Positions 27,207 through 37,418 of a stretch of 64,000 nt of DNA are shown here, one piece after another; within the stretch, counting starts at the first letter, position 1, and every line of letters starts with the position of its first letter. The notes beneath the pieces are model-generated. The model was given only the letters and a program-made list of their open reading frames with translations, did not search any database and had not been told where the DNA came from. A program made the translations under genes and the position numbers. This DNA is from Crocinitomicaceae bacterium (GTDB lineage Bacteria; Bacteroidota; Bacteroidia; Flavobacteriales_D; Crocinitomicaceae), in the NCBI GenBank assembly GCA_023957475.1, contig JAMLHA010000002.1:32465-96464 (forward strand). Reading direction: 5' to 3'.

Positions 27207-27827
27207 TTATCTCTTAAAAAGGTTCATTTTATTTTCGTTGCCATCAATTAACCGTTTAATATTTTTCCGATGAGCGAGAATAACAACCGATGCCAAGAGG
27301 ATGGAAAACAAGTTCAACCAAATTGAATGTGATTTAAAAATAAAAATCACTGAAATTGGAAAGGAAAATGAACCACAGATTGCTCCAAGAGATACATAAT
27401 TCGAGGCAATAAAAACGATTAAGAAAATAACGATGCAAACTAAGGAAGCTGGAGGGTGAACGCCAATAATGACACCCAATGAAGTTGCAACACCTTTTCC
27501 TCCTTTAAACCCCGCATATATTGGAAATACATGTCCCAAAACAGCAAGAAATGAGCACATGATTTGCACTAAAACCAATTTGTCGGGATTCAGATTCTCG
27601 TCAATAAATAGATAGGGCAAAAAAGATGCAATAAATCCTTTTAAAATATCCACCGTTAATACAAAAATACCCGCTTTTTTACCCAATACACGAAAAGTGT
27701 TTGTTGCGCCTGCATTTTTACTACCATGTTCCCTTACATCAATGCCATATTTAATTTTGCCAACCCAAATAGCAGTTGGAATTGAACCGATTAAATAAGC
27801 AATTATTCCAAATATTAAAAATTCCAT
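27207..27827 (-). CDS. plsY: Glycerol-3-phosphate acyltransferase PlsY
   Basis: YLIGSIP, GSKNAGATN, FKGGKGVAT, HRKNIKRL. Confidence 0.95.
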   Translation of the reverse strand: MEFLIFGIIAYLIGSIPTAIWVGKIKYGIDVREHGSKNAGATNTFRVLGKKAGIFVLTVDILKGFIASFLPYLFIDENLNPDKLVLVQIMCSFLAVLGHVFPIYAGFKGGKGVATSLGVIIGVHPPASLVCIVIFLIVFIASNYVSLGAICGSFSFPISVIFIFKSHSIWLNLFSILLASVVILAHRKNIKRLIDGNENKMNLFKR

Positions 27828-30800
27828 TATTCACTGAATAAATTGAAGAATACTGTTTTTAAACCTCCTTGACCAAGTTGATAAATGAAATTTTTCTTTT
27901 TTCGTTTATCTTCTTTCAATGCTGAAATATCTGTCGCCAATTCTGAATCGCCTGTCATGATATCCATCACCCCGTCTTTACGCCCCATCGAGTAGTTGAA
28001 GAAGTAATCCTTCCCTCCTGGAATATCCATCAATAACGCAAACCAATCACCACCTGCTCCAGAATGTTTTTGTTGGAAAAAGGCTTTGAATGGTACGTAT
28101 TTCATGACCGGCTTGTCAAACACATTCACTAAAATAGCTGATTCGGTATTGGTAATCAATCCTTTGAAGTTATTTAAACGTGGTTTACTATAATAACTCA
28201 ATTTTAAACCTGTAATCGTAATGGTTGATTCCAAACAACTTGGAAGTTTCTTTACTTCACCTTTAATCGTGAAATTTTCTTCCAATTTGTCAGCTTCTGC
28301 TTGTGAACTCCATGTTGTGATAGCAGATTTTAACGTGTTTGTTGCAAAATCAATTGATTTCAACCCGTCTGTAGCGTTGATTTTATCTGGAATGTTCTTA
28401 AATACGGATTTGTCTAAAGGAATATCAAATTTTGCCGTTAGATTGAAGAATGCTTCTCCAGTTTTAGAATTGTAATCAACCATACCAGCAGTGCTAATTT
28501 GAACATCGCCATGATTCATACCAAGGTCGATAACTCCTTCACCAAATAAAGAACATGTTTCTGTATTCATCGATAAGAAATTTCCTTTTTCTGTTCGGTT
28601 AATCAACTTGTCTTTTGTTGCTATTCTGTATTCTTTCGACTCGTGATCATACGTCAATAAACCAGATGAGGTAACAACAATTGGGTCGTTTTCGTTAACC
28701 AATTTCGATAAGAATGTAGGGTAGAGCGCAATGCTGTCAACAACTGGAGAATCTCTCCATACAATTCCCGCAGAAATAGCTTGTCCATCAAGGTTTTTCA
28801 TGCTTGAACTAACGGGTATTTGTACATTTTTAGGATCGATTGAGCTTGAGAACGCTAACCAGTTTTTCTCAAAATCAACACAGTTGTGATTGATACGTGT
28901 AGCTCCGTTGAATAAAATCTCTGGTGTTGAAGCTTTTACGATGATGTCGCCATAGTAATCAAATTCTGGACTAAGTTTGAATCCTTGGTTGCCACTAATC
29001 TTACCTGTAGCTCTAGTTTGATACGATGAATCTAAACCAATTGAATTCATGGTGATATAGGTTAAAATACTATCCCGATCATAATATGGATATTCTCCAG
29101 AACCGTTATACGCTCTTCTAGCTGTAATATCTACTTTAGATTTGGTGAATTTATGGTATTTCGTGATGTAATTGGCTACTATTGTTGCATTGTTGAACTG
29201 ATCCAATTTTGCTTTTCTACGAATGTTGACTTTCATGCTATCCGGATAAATTCGGGCATCGGCAACGTCAATATATTCAACTTCGGAACAATAAATGGAT
29301 TTCTCTTTCATGTCAAGTTTTGCTTTTGGAGCTCTAAATTGAAGCGAATCTTGTTTTGGATGAAGGGAGAAAAAGTTAGGTCCCAATAAATCCACTCCAG
29401 CAGTAATATCCATGTCTTTTGTTGCTTTCTTTTCCATTGCCAATTCATCTTGATCCATGAACCAAGTAAATAAGTCCATTTTACACATGTATTGGTTTAC
29501 AGGAAAATCAACTCTGGATTCTCCTTTGTTGGAATTGAAAACACCTTTTCTATCGGTAAAACTAACATGTGATTTGACATTGGCAGTTTCAAATACTAAG
29601 GGAGCTTCTCCTTCCTCTCTATTTTGATTTTTAAGAGCAAAACTGGAAGTGTCAGCATATAAATCCTTGTACTCGTAAACAAATTTTTTCGAAACAATGG
29701 TTGCATTTTTAAAGGACATTAACCCATTTCCTTCTATTCCTTTTGGTGTTACAATTGCAGTCCCTTTTAGATTGGCTTCTTTGTCAAAAAACTCAAATTC
29801 AGAACGAGGCATTGTCGTTGCTTTTAGTATTTTTTTACGAGGAATATAAGTTAAAAAAGCTTCTTCACAAGTTGCTTTCGGGAATTGAATACCTGTTTGA
29901 ACGGGTTCGTTCATAAAGGAAACAACACCAATGGTAGAGTCTGGTAAAAATGTTAACAAGCCTTTTGATACAGATGTGGATTTAACAAAGTTAATTGTTC
30001 CAGCTCCTTGCAATCCATTTCCAGACAACATGACTTTGTTATCATACTTCGCCACTCCGTAAAATTCAAAACCATCTTTTGGAGATGTTGTTGAGAACCC
30101 AAATGAATAGTCAGGCATTACTTTCAAATCTTCTTTTATAACAGGAAAGATTCCAGCAGAAATCAATTCTCCTTTCAAACGCCAGCTTTTATCGTTGAAA
30201 TTATCAACACTATCCACTGTGAATGGTTGAAGTGTGTAGTAAAAACGTGTACTGTCATACGCTCCTTTGTACAAATCAGGTGAGTTGTAATATATTTTAG
30301 TGGTATTTTTTATCGTTAAAATCGGATATATAGACGTTGTTGCATCTTCTTTGTTTCCAGAACGATTATCTGGAAGGTCTATCACAACATCTCCAACAAT
30401 ACCTGAAATTGTACTGCTCATCGCTATTCCAGCTGTTCCATCTTCTGCCTTACGTGGTTGAACCCTGAAAACAGATTCGTTGGTCTTTAATAGATTAATT
30501 TTATTGAGTGCATAATTGTAATTGGCACTAACGGTATTGATCTCAGCTTTTCCAGCATTCAGCCAACCACTAAATTCAATGTCTCTATTTTGCTTAACAG
30601 TTACAGTGTTTTGATTGGGATAAATGTGGACGTTTTGTTTGTCAGATATTGTAATTCTATCAATGCCCGATAAGCTCATGTCCATTGAACTTAAATCAAA
30701 GTGACCAAAGTTTTCTAAAATTCTTCGTGCTTCATTTTGAGTTTTGTAATTCTCTTTTATTTGCTGTAAATTGGGGTTATTTTTTATTTCTTCATCGGTA

Positions 30801-32464
30801 TAGCCTTTTAATTCTTTTGGTCTAAAATCTGCTGTAAAAATAATGTTGTCAAAATCCTTTTTACCTGCTTTTCCTTTAACGAAGTTGTTTAACTTTTGTG
30901 TGATAAACACTTTTTTATTTTCGGTGTCGTAATTGATAAAACCATAATTTGCAAGTTGTAGCATCAGTGAACGTACTTGCTCAATTGTTCCACCCAAAGC
31001 TGATGCACATTCTCCTTCGGTGATTTCGTCTTTGTCATATTTATAACCATAACGACTAATGGCTACCAATGGATGCACAGATGAAAATCCTTGTAATTTA
31101 TCATACAATTGCCCGTCGTAGTAATTAAATGACTCAAAACGAGCTACACGTTGCTCCTGACTTGTTCCTTTTTCATACGTGAAGTAGATTTTATTATCCT
31201 TTTCATTGAGTATGATTTTTGGTACATAATAAAACAATTGGTGGTAATAATCAATAAATGGTGATTGACCTAACCCTGTTGTCGGTCGAGAAAATTCAAT
31301 AATGCCATCGTTGTAATAGTACGTAAAATTGTTACTTGGATGTATCAATGAATCGCCTGTGTTAAAGATGATTTTACTGCTTGTTGTGTAACTATATATC
31401 TGCTTGTCAGTGATGTAAATTTCGTTAGCTTTTGAAATGATATAGGGTTTTGAATTTTTAAGGATAACAATCTTAGCAGGTATATTTTTTGCTCCTGTAC
31501 CGATGAATTTAGCTCCTTTCAAAGAAAATGCTCCTTCATAATTTGTATTAGGCTTAATGTTGTTGATTTTTAAATCCGTTTTATAGGAGATGAATTGTGG
31601 AAATAATCGGTCTTCCTCACGGTTGATTTTAAATGCTCTATCCGACAAGCTACCGAGTAAAACTTCGTTAAAATAAGGTGTTTTCAACTTCACAGAATCT
31701 ATGTTCATGTTGGTGTTTTTCATGGATAATTGAAACTTACCAACTTCTGCATACGTTTCATTTTTAGGCAATCCAACTTTTTCCCAAGTGACGATTCCGC
31801 CGTTTCCTTCCCATTTTTGCAATGCAGGGTCGTATGTTCCGGTAGTTTTAAATACCACCATGCTATCTACGTATTTGGCTTCTTTTTTAGTGGTACCAAT
31901 ATCAACAGCTCTACAGATAAGATTTCCGTCACTTAGTTGAATATAAGCCTTTTCATCGTATTTGAATTCATATTTTCCACCCTTGTAAAACCACTCAAAA
32001 TTGGATTTTCCAGCCAATCTTCCTTCTGAGAAAAATCCTGCTGATAAATCGGCAAAATCGGTAAATCGTTTCGGGTTTCTACTTTCTAATAACTTGTCAA
32101 CAGCACTTTGATAAGCATTGTAACTGGATTCATTTTGTTTGTTTTTAACAAGTGAATAGATGGAAAACACGTAATTGTAAACATCTGGAACAACTGAAAA
32201 TCGTTTACTAATCAACGTGTTGCAAGTTGCAACTAAATTGGTAAAATACCGATCTGGAAATTCAGTAGTTTGAAGCAACATGACGCTTAGTTCTTTCTTA
32301 ACAAACTGCGATTGTTCATCTGTTGCATATTGCGCCATTGAACTTTGCAATTCTTTTATGAATTTAGCACGATCATTGCTATAAGTTGTCTGGCTGTACG
32401 AATAACTTCCGATGATAAGAAGTAAAAAAAGCATTGTATTTTTCATAGTACCTGAATTTTTCAA
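27827..32464 (-). CDS. Large exported beta-rich hypothetical protein (1545 aa)
   Basis: Uninterrupted ORF, signal peptide (MKNTMLFLLLIIGSYSYSQ), no recognisable motif; TAATG overlap with plsY. Confidence 0.75.
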   Translation of the reverse strand: MKNSGTMKNTMLFLLLIIGSYSYSQTTYSNDRAKFIKELQSSMAQYATDEQSQFVKKELSVMLLQTTEFPDRYFTNLVATCNTLISKRFSVVPDVYNYVFSIYSLVKNKQNESSYNAYQSAVDKLLESRNPKRFTDFADLSAGFFSEGRLAGKSNFEWFYKGGKYEFKYDEKAYIQLSDGNLICRAVDIGTTKKEAKYVDSMVVFKTTGTYDPALQKWEGNGGIVTWEKVGLPKNETYAEVGKFQLSMKNTNMNIDSVKLKTPYFNEVLLGSLSDRAFKINREEDRLFPQFISYKTDLKINNIKPNTNYEGAFSLKGAKFIGTGAKNIPAKIVILKNSKPYIISKANEIYITDKQIYSYTTSSKIIFNTGDSLIHPSNNFTYYYNDGIIEFSRPTTGLGQSPFIDYYHQLFYYVPKIILNEKDNKIYFTYEKGTSQEQRVARFESFNYYDGQLYDKLQGFSSVHPLVAISRYGYKYDKDEITEGECASALGGTIEQVRSLMLQLANYGFINYDTENKKVFITQKLNNFVKGKAGKKDFDNIIFTADFRPKELKGYTDEEIKNNPNLQQIKENYKTQNEARRILENFGHFDLSSMDMSLSGIDRITISDKQNVHIYPNQNTVTVKQNRDIEFSGWLNAGKAEINTVSANYNYALNKINLLKTNESVFRVQPRKAEDGTAGIAMSSTISGIVGDVVIDLPDNRSGNKEDATTSIYPILTIKNTTKIYYNSPDLYKGAYDSTRFYYTLQPFTVDSVDNFNDKSWRLKGELISAGIFPVIKEDLKVMPDYSFGFSTTSPKDGFEFYGVAKYDNKVMLSGNGLQGAGTINFVKSTSVSKGLLTFLPDSTIGVVSFMNEPVQTGIQFPKATCEEAFLTYIPRKKILKATTMPRSEFEFFDKEANLKGTAIVTPKGIEGNGLMSFKNATIVSKKFVYEYKDLYADTSSFALKNQNREEGEAPLVFETANVKSHVSFTDRKGVFNSNKGESRVDFPVNQYMCKMDLFTWFMDQDELAMEKKATKDMDITAGVDLLGPNFFSLHPKQDSLQFRAPKAKLDMKEKSIYCSEVEYIDVADARIYPDSMKVNIRRKAKLDQFNNATIVANYITKYHKFTKSKVDITARRAYNGSGEYPYYDRDSILTYITMNSIGLDSSYQTRATGKISGNQGFKLSPEFDYYGDIIVKASTPEILFNGATRINHNCVDFEKNWLAFSSSIDPKNVQIPVSSSMKNLDGQAISAGIVWRDSPVVDSIALYPTFLSKLVNENDPIVVTSSGLLTYDHESKEYRIATKDKLINRTEKGNFLSMNTETCSLFGEGVIDLGMNHGDVQISTAGMVDYNSKTGEAFFNLTAKFDIPLDKSVFKNIPDKINATDGLKSIDFATNTLKSAITTWSSQAEADKLEENFTIKGEVKKLPSCLESTITITGLKLSYYSKPRLNNFKGLITNTESAILVNVFDKPVMKYVPFKAFFQQKHSGAGGDWFALLMDIPGGKDYFFNYSMGRKDGVMDIMTGDSELATDISALKEDKRKKKNFIYQLGQGGLKTVFFNLFSE

Positions 32465-32483
32465 GTTTACAGTTTTGTATTGA

Positions 32484-33332
32484 TTAGTCGCGCGACTTAT
32501 AAATTAACTTAATAGCCGCCCAATTGTCTTTGTTGTAAATGTGTTCTTTCTCGAAACCGAATGCACGTGCAAATTCAATCAACTCATCTGTATCCGAGTC
32601 GAAAAAGCCGCTTAATAGCAATACACCTCCGTCATTAAGCGATTGTGCGTAGAAAGGAATGTGTGCTTTCAAAACATTTTTATTAATATTAGCTAAAATC
32701 GTATCAAATTTTGTACCACTAATTAAGTCAACATCACCACACTTTGTTTCAATGTGTTTGCATTGGTTTCTTTCAGCATTTTCAACCGTGTTTTCAGCCG
32801 ACCAATCTTCAATGTCTATTGCAAGAATTGCGGTAGCACCCAATTTTTCCGCTAAAATTGCTAAAACGCCTGTCCCTGTGCCCATGTCCAATACCTTTTT
32901 GGGAAAAGGATGCAGGTCAAACAGTGCTTTGGACATCATCCAAGTTGTTTGATGGTGGCCAGTACCGAAAGACATCTTGGGTTGTATTTCAACAATGATT
33001 CCTTTTGCGATAGATTTGTCGTGAAAGGGTGCTAAAATACTAGCTAGTTCTTCAACATAAACAGGCTCAAAGTCACTTTCCCAAACAGCATTCCAGTTTT
33101 GATGTTCGATGATTTGTGACTCAAACGAAAAAGATACATCTTCTCGCTCTTCGCCAAGAAATGTTTCTTTTAAAGCACGTTCTACAGAAGTTTCTTGCAC
33201 TTGACCGTAAGCCAAAACGCCTTCATCGGTGTTCACAAAACTTTCAAAACCAGCATCGGCTAATTGAGCTACAATGATTTCATTAAATGGTTTTAATGGT
33301 TGTAGTTTAATATTTAATTCTATGTAATCCAT
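32484..33332 (-). CDS. prmA: Ribosomal protein L11 methyltransferase
   Basis: PKMSFGTGHHQTT, VLDMGTGTG, ILANIN. Confidence 0.94.
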   Translation of the reverse strand: MDYIELNIKLQPLKPFNEIIVAQLADAGFESFVNTDEGVLAYGQVQETSVERALKETFLGEEREDVSFSFESQIIEHQNWNAVWESDFEPVYVEELASILAPFHDKSIAKGIIVEIQPKMSFGTGHHQTTWMMSKALFDLHPFPKKVLDMGTGTGVLAILAEKLGATAILAIDIEDWSAENTVENAERNQCKHIETKCGDVDLISGTKFDTILANINKNVLKAHIPFYAQSLNDGGVLLLSGFFDSDTDELIEFARAFGFEKEHIYNKDNWAAIKLIYKSRD

Positions 33333-34076
33333 TTAAAATGCGTCTATTATGCTTTTGAACGAAGAAGCCTTTAATGAAGCACCTCCTACAAGTCCTCCAT
33401 CTACGTTGTAACAAGAAAATAACTCTTTTGCATTGTTTTCGTTACAACTACCTCCGTATAGAATAGAAGTACTATTTGCAATAGGTTCTCCATAATGATC
33501 ACCAATGAATGAACGAATTGTTTGATGCATTTCTTCTGCTTGCTCATTGGTTGCTGTTTTTCCAGTTCCAATCGCCCAAATTGGTTCGTAGGCGATGATG
33601 CATTTGCTAAAATCTTCAGCACTTAAATGAAACAAACTCTCTTTTAATTGATTTGTTACAAAGTGCTTTTCATTTCCAGCCTCTCTGATGTCCAATGATT
33701 CACCACAGCAAAATACTGGAGTGATGGAATGCATCAATGCAGCATCTACTTTTTCTCTTAATTGCACATTGGTTTCATTAAAATAAGCACGTCTTTCGCT
33801 GTGACCAATAATCACATGATTGACACCTATACTCTTTAATTGTTGAAAAGAAGTTTCTCCGGTGTAAGCTCCACTGTCTTTGGCATAAGCGTTTTGCGCA
33901 CCAACAGAAATAGTTCTATTTGCTGTATCAATAAACGGTTGTATGTAGGGTGTTGATGGGAAGATTAAAACTTCTACACCTTCTTTTTTTATAGCTGCAA
34001 TTTCTTGAAACAAAGCATTTGCTTCATCCCAATTCAAATTCATTTTCCAGTTTCCTGCTACTATTTTTTTTCTCAT
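33333..34076 (-). CDS. tpiA: Triosephosphate isomerase
   Basis: AGNWKMN, IIGHSERR, AYEPIWAIGTG, LVGGASL. Confidence 0.97.
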   Translation of the reverse strand: MRKKIVAGNWKMNLNWDEANALFQEIAAIKKEGVEVLIFPSTPYIQPFIDTANRTISVGAQNAYAKDSGAYTGETSFQQLKSIGVNHVIIGHSERRAYFNETNVQLREKVDAALMHSITPVFCCGESLDIREAGNEKHFVTNQLKESLFHLSAEDFSKCIIAYEPIWAIGTGKTATNEQAEEMHQTIRSFIGDHYGEPIANSTSILYGGSCNENNAKELFSCYNVDGGLVGGASLKASSFKSIIDAF

Positions 34077-35968
34077 TGTTTTAATAATATGTTTTTTTCT
34101 AACCAGCCAAATGTTGGTGTAGAACGATGTGGATATTTTCCTTTTACAATTCCTTTTTGAATGACCATCATAGATGGATTGCTTCTTGCTATAGCTTTCA
34201 ATTCAATCTCATCATTGGTGAATATTGGTATATTGAAATTGTATTTCTTTCTAAAGTTATTGATGTCCTTACGGTTAGAACTACTCAACAATATCATTGG
34301 AATACCATGTTTTTTTGCCCCTTCTAAAATTGATTTGTAGCGATCCATTGCATCCCAATTAGCTTTGAAGATATCTCTTGTTGTAAGAATGATGATTTCA
34401 TCCGTTGTTGTGATGTAATTACGAATGTTGACATCCGTCAATTCTGGATCAACTTCGGTAACGGTATCCAACACTTGGTAATAGTTAGGAGAGTATTCTT
34501 CTAATGTAAATTCATCCATTGGCACATCGTAAATATCATTGGAGGATAAATTTTTCACATGCACAATTTGAATCCCATTTGAAGCTATAAATTCATTCAC
34601 GAAGCTTAAATTTTTTTCATAATCTGTCATGTCTTGAATGGCTATAAACGGATTGAATTGTTCGGTAATAGATGGTAATTTGGTTGCTTTAATCGTTTTT
34701 TGAACCATGTCAACATATTCCCAGTTCTCATCGTCCCAAATTTTTGATTTCATGTATTCAGGTGATGAAGAATCATATAAACGCTCTTCTTTCGTGTTTT
34801 TATTGACATATCTCAGCATGCTTTGATAAATACCTTCTTCACCATTGTTCATTAATTCAACCAGATTGCTCCCTTGTGCATAGGGGCGGTAATCTTTCAT
34901 TGGTTCGTAACGCAACACAAAGAACACAAAAATGCTTGATAGAATCGTTAAGAAGATTCCCATTCCAAAGTAATTTCCAAAGAGCACCCCTCCAGATCGT
35001 TTGATCCAAAGCGCTCCTACTATTCCAATTAATCCAAAAATGATAGGAAAATACCAAGAGAAAATCATTGAAAAGAAGGCAATAACAAGAAGTGAAGTAG
35101 TAGCAAAAACAACATTTTGCTTTCTTTCATTGGGCACAATTAACCATTGAGCAATGAAAATCCACATTCCTAAGTAAAATACAATGATGTCTTTCCAAAG
35201 TGATTCTTTTGGTGTAAGTGAGCGACCAATAGAGCCTTTCATGGCATCACCAAAGCAACCACAATCATCCACGCATTGAGGTTGTTTCATTTCATCAATA
35301 ACAACTTCTTCATTGTTTTGGCTTACAATTTTAATGTCTTTATTGGTTTCTGCTTGCTTTATTTTGATAGCAGCTATGGGGTTGGATAATGCATAAGTAT
35401 CTCTGTCTTTAAACTTTTTGCCCGAGTCACAGGTTGCAGTATGCCAAGTTAAAAAAGTAAAGAATGCCATCATAAATACCAAAAGGTAAGATACTGGTTT
35501 GATTTTCTCTCCAATAATTAAAAAGATACCGATGATTATCTCAATAATGCAGATGATAACACTAAGTGGTAAAGCATAATCAATTAAAAATTCCAAGCTA
35601 AATCCAGGTGCTCCAAACCATTCTTTGATACGATACGCTAACGCTCCATCTTCAAAATATTCTTCTAATTTGTAAGCAAAACCAAGTGGATCATTGGCTT
35701 TTACAAGACCCGAAACAATAAACAATCCTCCGATTAAAACTCGAGATACATTTGCCATCATCAAGCGACCTCTAAAAATAAGTAAACCAGCTGTTGCCAA
35801 TGCCATTAAAGTAAAGCCGATTAATTTAAGTCCCAAGGAACTACCTGAAAAACTATCGTGATAGGCAATTGTGATTAAAGTTAGTCCAAATATGTTTAAA
35901 AGTACAAAAAGTACATTAAAAAAGTACGATCTTCCTCCAACGGAGATATTTCTGTTTTTAGCACTCAT
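34073..35968 (-). CDS. DoxX-like membrane protein (BT_3928 family)
   Basis: SGLVKANDPLGFAYKLEEYF, DCGCFGDA, ARSNP; conserved position next to tpiA. Confidence 0.8.
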   Translation of the reverse strand: MSAKNRNISVGGRSYFFNVLFVLLNIFGLTLITIAYHDSFSGSSLGLKLIGFTLMALATAGLLIFRGRLMMANVSRVLIGGLFIVSGLVKANDPLGFAYKLEEYFEDGALAYRIKEWFGAPGFSLEFLIDYALPLSVIICIIEIIIGIFLIIGEKIKPVSYLLVFMMAFFTFLTWHTATCDSGKKFKDRDTYALSNPIAAIKIKQAETNKDIKIVSQNNEEVVIDEMKQPQCVDDCGCFGDAMKGSIGRSLTPKESLWKDIIVFYLGMWIFIAQWLIVPNERKQNVVFATTSLLVIAFFSMIFSWYFPIIFGLIGIVGALWIKRSGGVLFGNYFGMGIFLTILSSIFVFFVLRYEPMKDYRPYAQGSNLVELMNNGEEGIYQSMLRYVNKNTKEERLYDSSSPEYMKSKIWDDENWEYVDMVQKTIKATKLPSITEQFNPFIAIQDMTDYEKNLSFVNEFIASNGIQIVHVKNLSSNDIYDVPMDEFTLEEYSPNYYQVLDTVTEVDPELTDVNIRNYITTTDEIIILTTRDIFKANWDAMDRYKSILEGAKKHGIPMILLSSSNRKDINNFRKKYNFNIPIFTNDEIELKAIARSNPSMMVIQKGIVKGKYPHRSTPTFGWLEKNILLKQ

Positions 35969-35982
35969 AGTAAAAAGTATTT

Positions 35983-36528
35983 TTAATTGTTTTCTTGTGT
36001 TAAATGTATCAAAGCGAATACGGCATAATTGAGCATGTCATAGTAATTGGCGTCAATGCCTTCACTGATGATTGTATTGCCTTTGTTGTCTTCTATTTGC
36101 TTGATTCTTAGTATTTTTGTTAAAATCAAGTCGGTTAATGAACTAACTCGCATATCGCGCCAAGCTTCACCATAATCGTGGTTTTTCTTTTTCATTAACT
36201 GATAAGCTTTTTCGGCGTATTTTTCATACAAATTAATTGCCATTTCTTCTGGTAATTCAATTTCTTTCAACTCTTTTTCGTTAAATTGGATCAAAGCCAT
36301 GATGCAATAATTGACAATGGCAAAAAATTCACCTTCAATGGATTCATCAATTTCACTGTGTCCAGCTTCTTGAATGGTTCGGATACGTTGTGCTTTGATA
36401 AATAATTGATCCGTCAATGAACTCGGGCGTAAAATTCGCCATGAAGTACCATAATCTTTTGTTTTTTTACTGTAAATCTCCTTACAGTTAGCTATTACTT
36501 TTGTATATTGCGCGTCAGTTTGGCTCAT
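35983..36528 (-). CDS. DUF1599 domain protein
   Basis: KKTKDYGTSWRILR and KKNHDYGEAWRDMR duplicated motif. Confidence 0.85.
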   Translation of the reverse strand: MSQTDAQYTKVIANCKEIYSKKTKDYGTSWRILRPSSLTDQLFIKAQRIRTIQEAGHSEIDESIEGEFFAIVNYCIMALIQFNEKELKEIELPEEMAINLYEKYAEKAYQLMKKKNHDYGEAWRDMRVSSLTDLILTKILRIKQIEDNKGNTIISEGIDANYYDMLNYAVFALIHLTQENN

Positions 36529-36539
36529 TATTCAATTAA

Positions 36540-37412
36540 ATGAAAAATTCAAGGGTTGAAGATACAAATTATAATGCAATTGCCATGAATATTAACGGAA
36601 ATTTAATGGATTTTAAGGTTCCCAAAGTAATGGGGATTTTAAATGTAACGGATAATTCCTTTTATGAGGGTAGTCGCTTGACGTCTGATATAGAATTACT
36701 TAAGAAGGCAGAGTTACACTTGTCAGAAGGTGCTGATATTCTAGATTTGGGTGGTTTTTCTACACGACCAGGTTCACAATTAGTTGATGAAGAAATGGAG
36801 TTAAATCGTATAAAAAATGCGTTGTATCTTCTTAAAAAAGAGTTTCCAACTGCAACTATTTCAGTGGATACCTTTCGAGGAAAAGTTGCCGAAGTTGCAA
36901 TAAAAGAAGGTGCATCAATCATCAACGATATCAGTGGATTTCAATTTGATAATTCGCTACTTGCCACCATTTCAAAGTACGATGTAACTTATGTTTTAAT
37001 GCACATTGCAGAAAGTTTTGATACCATGCACGATGTTTCTGCACAGACTATTGCTACTCATTCCGAAAACATCTTGGAAAAAGTAGCTACTTATTTTAAA
37101 CAAAAAATTGGTGTGTTGAATCAACAGGGGATTTCAAATATTGTTATAGACCCAGGCTTTGGATTTAGTAAAACATTGAAAGAGAATTACACCTTGTTAC
37201 ACCAATTGGATTTCTTTCATCAATTGAATTGTCCTGTTTTAGTTGGAATTTCCAGAAAATCAATGATTTATAAAGAATTAGGTATTACACCTGAAGAATC
37301 GTTGAACGGAACAACGGCATTGCATGCATTGGCTATCTTAAAGGGCGCATCAATTCTCAGAGTTCACGATGTAAAGCCTTGTAAGCAGGTGATTGATTTG
37401 CTGTTGTACTAA
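36540..37412 (+). CDS. folP: Dihydropteroate synthase
   Basis: VMGILNVT, STRPG, ISVDTF, DPGFGFSK, GISRKS, LRVHDV. Confidence 0.95.
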   Translation: MKNSRVEDTNYNAIAMNINGNLMDFKVPKVMGILNVTDNSFYEGSRLTSDIELLKKAELHLSEGADILDLGGFSTRPGSQLVDEEMELNRIKNALYLLKKEFPTATISVDTFRGKVAEVAIKEGASIINDISGFQFDNSLLATISKYDVTYVLMHIAESFDTMHDVSAQTIATHSENILEKVATYFKQKIGVLNQQGISNIVIDPGFGFSKTLKENYTLLHQLDFFHQLNCPVLVGISRKSMIYKELGITPEESLNGTTALHALAILKGASILRVHDVKPCKQVIDLLLY

Positions 37413-37418
37413 AATAGC

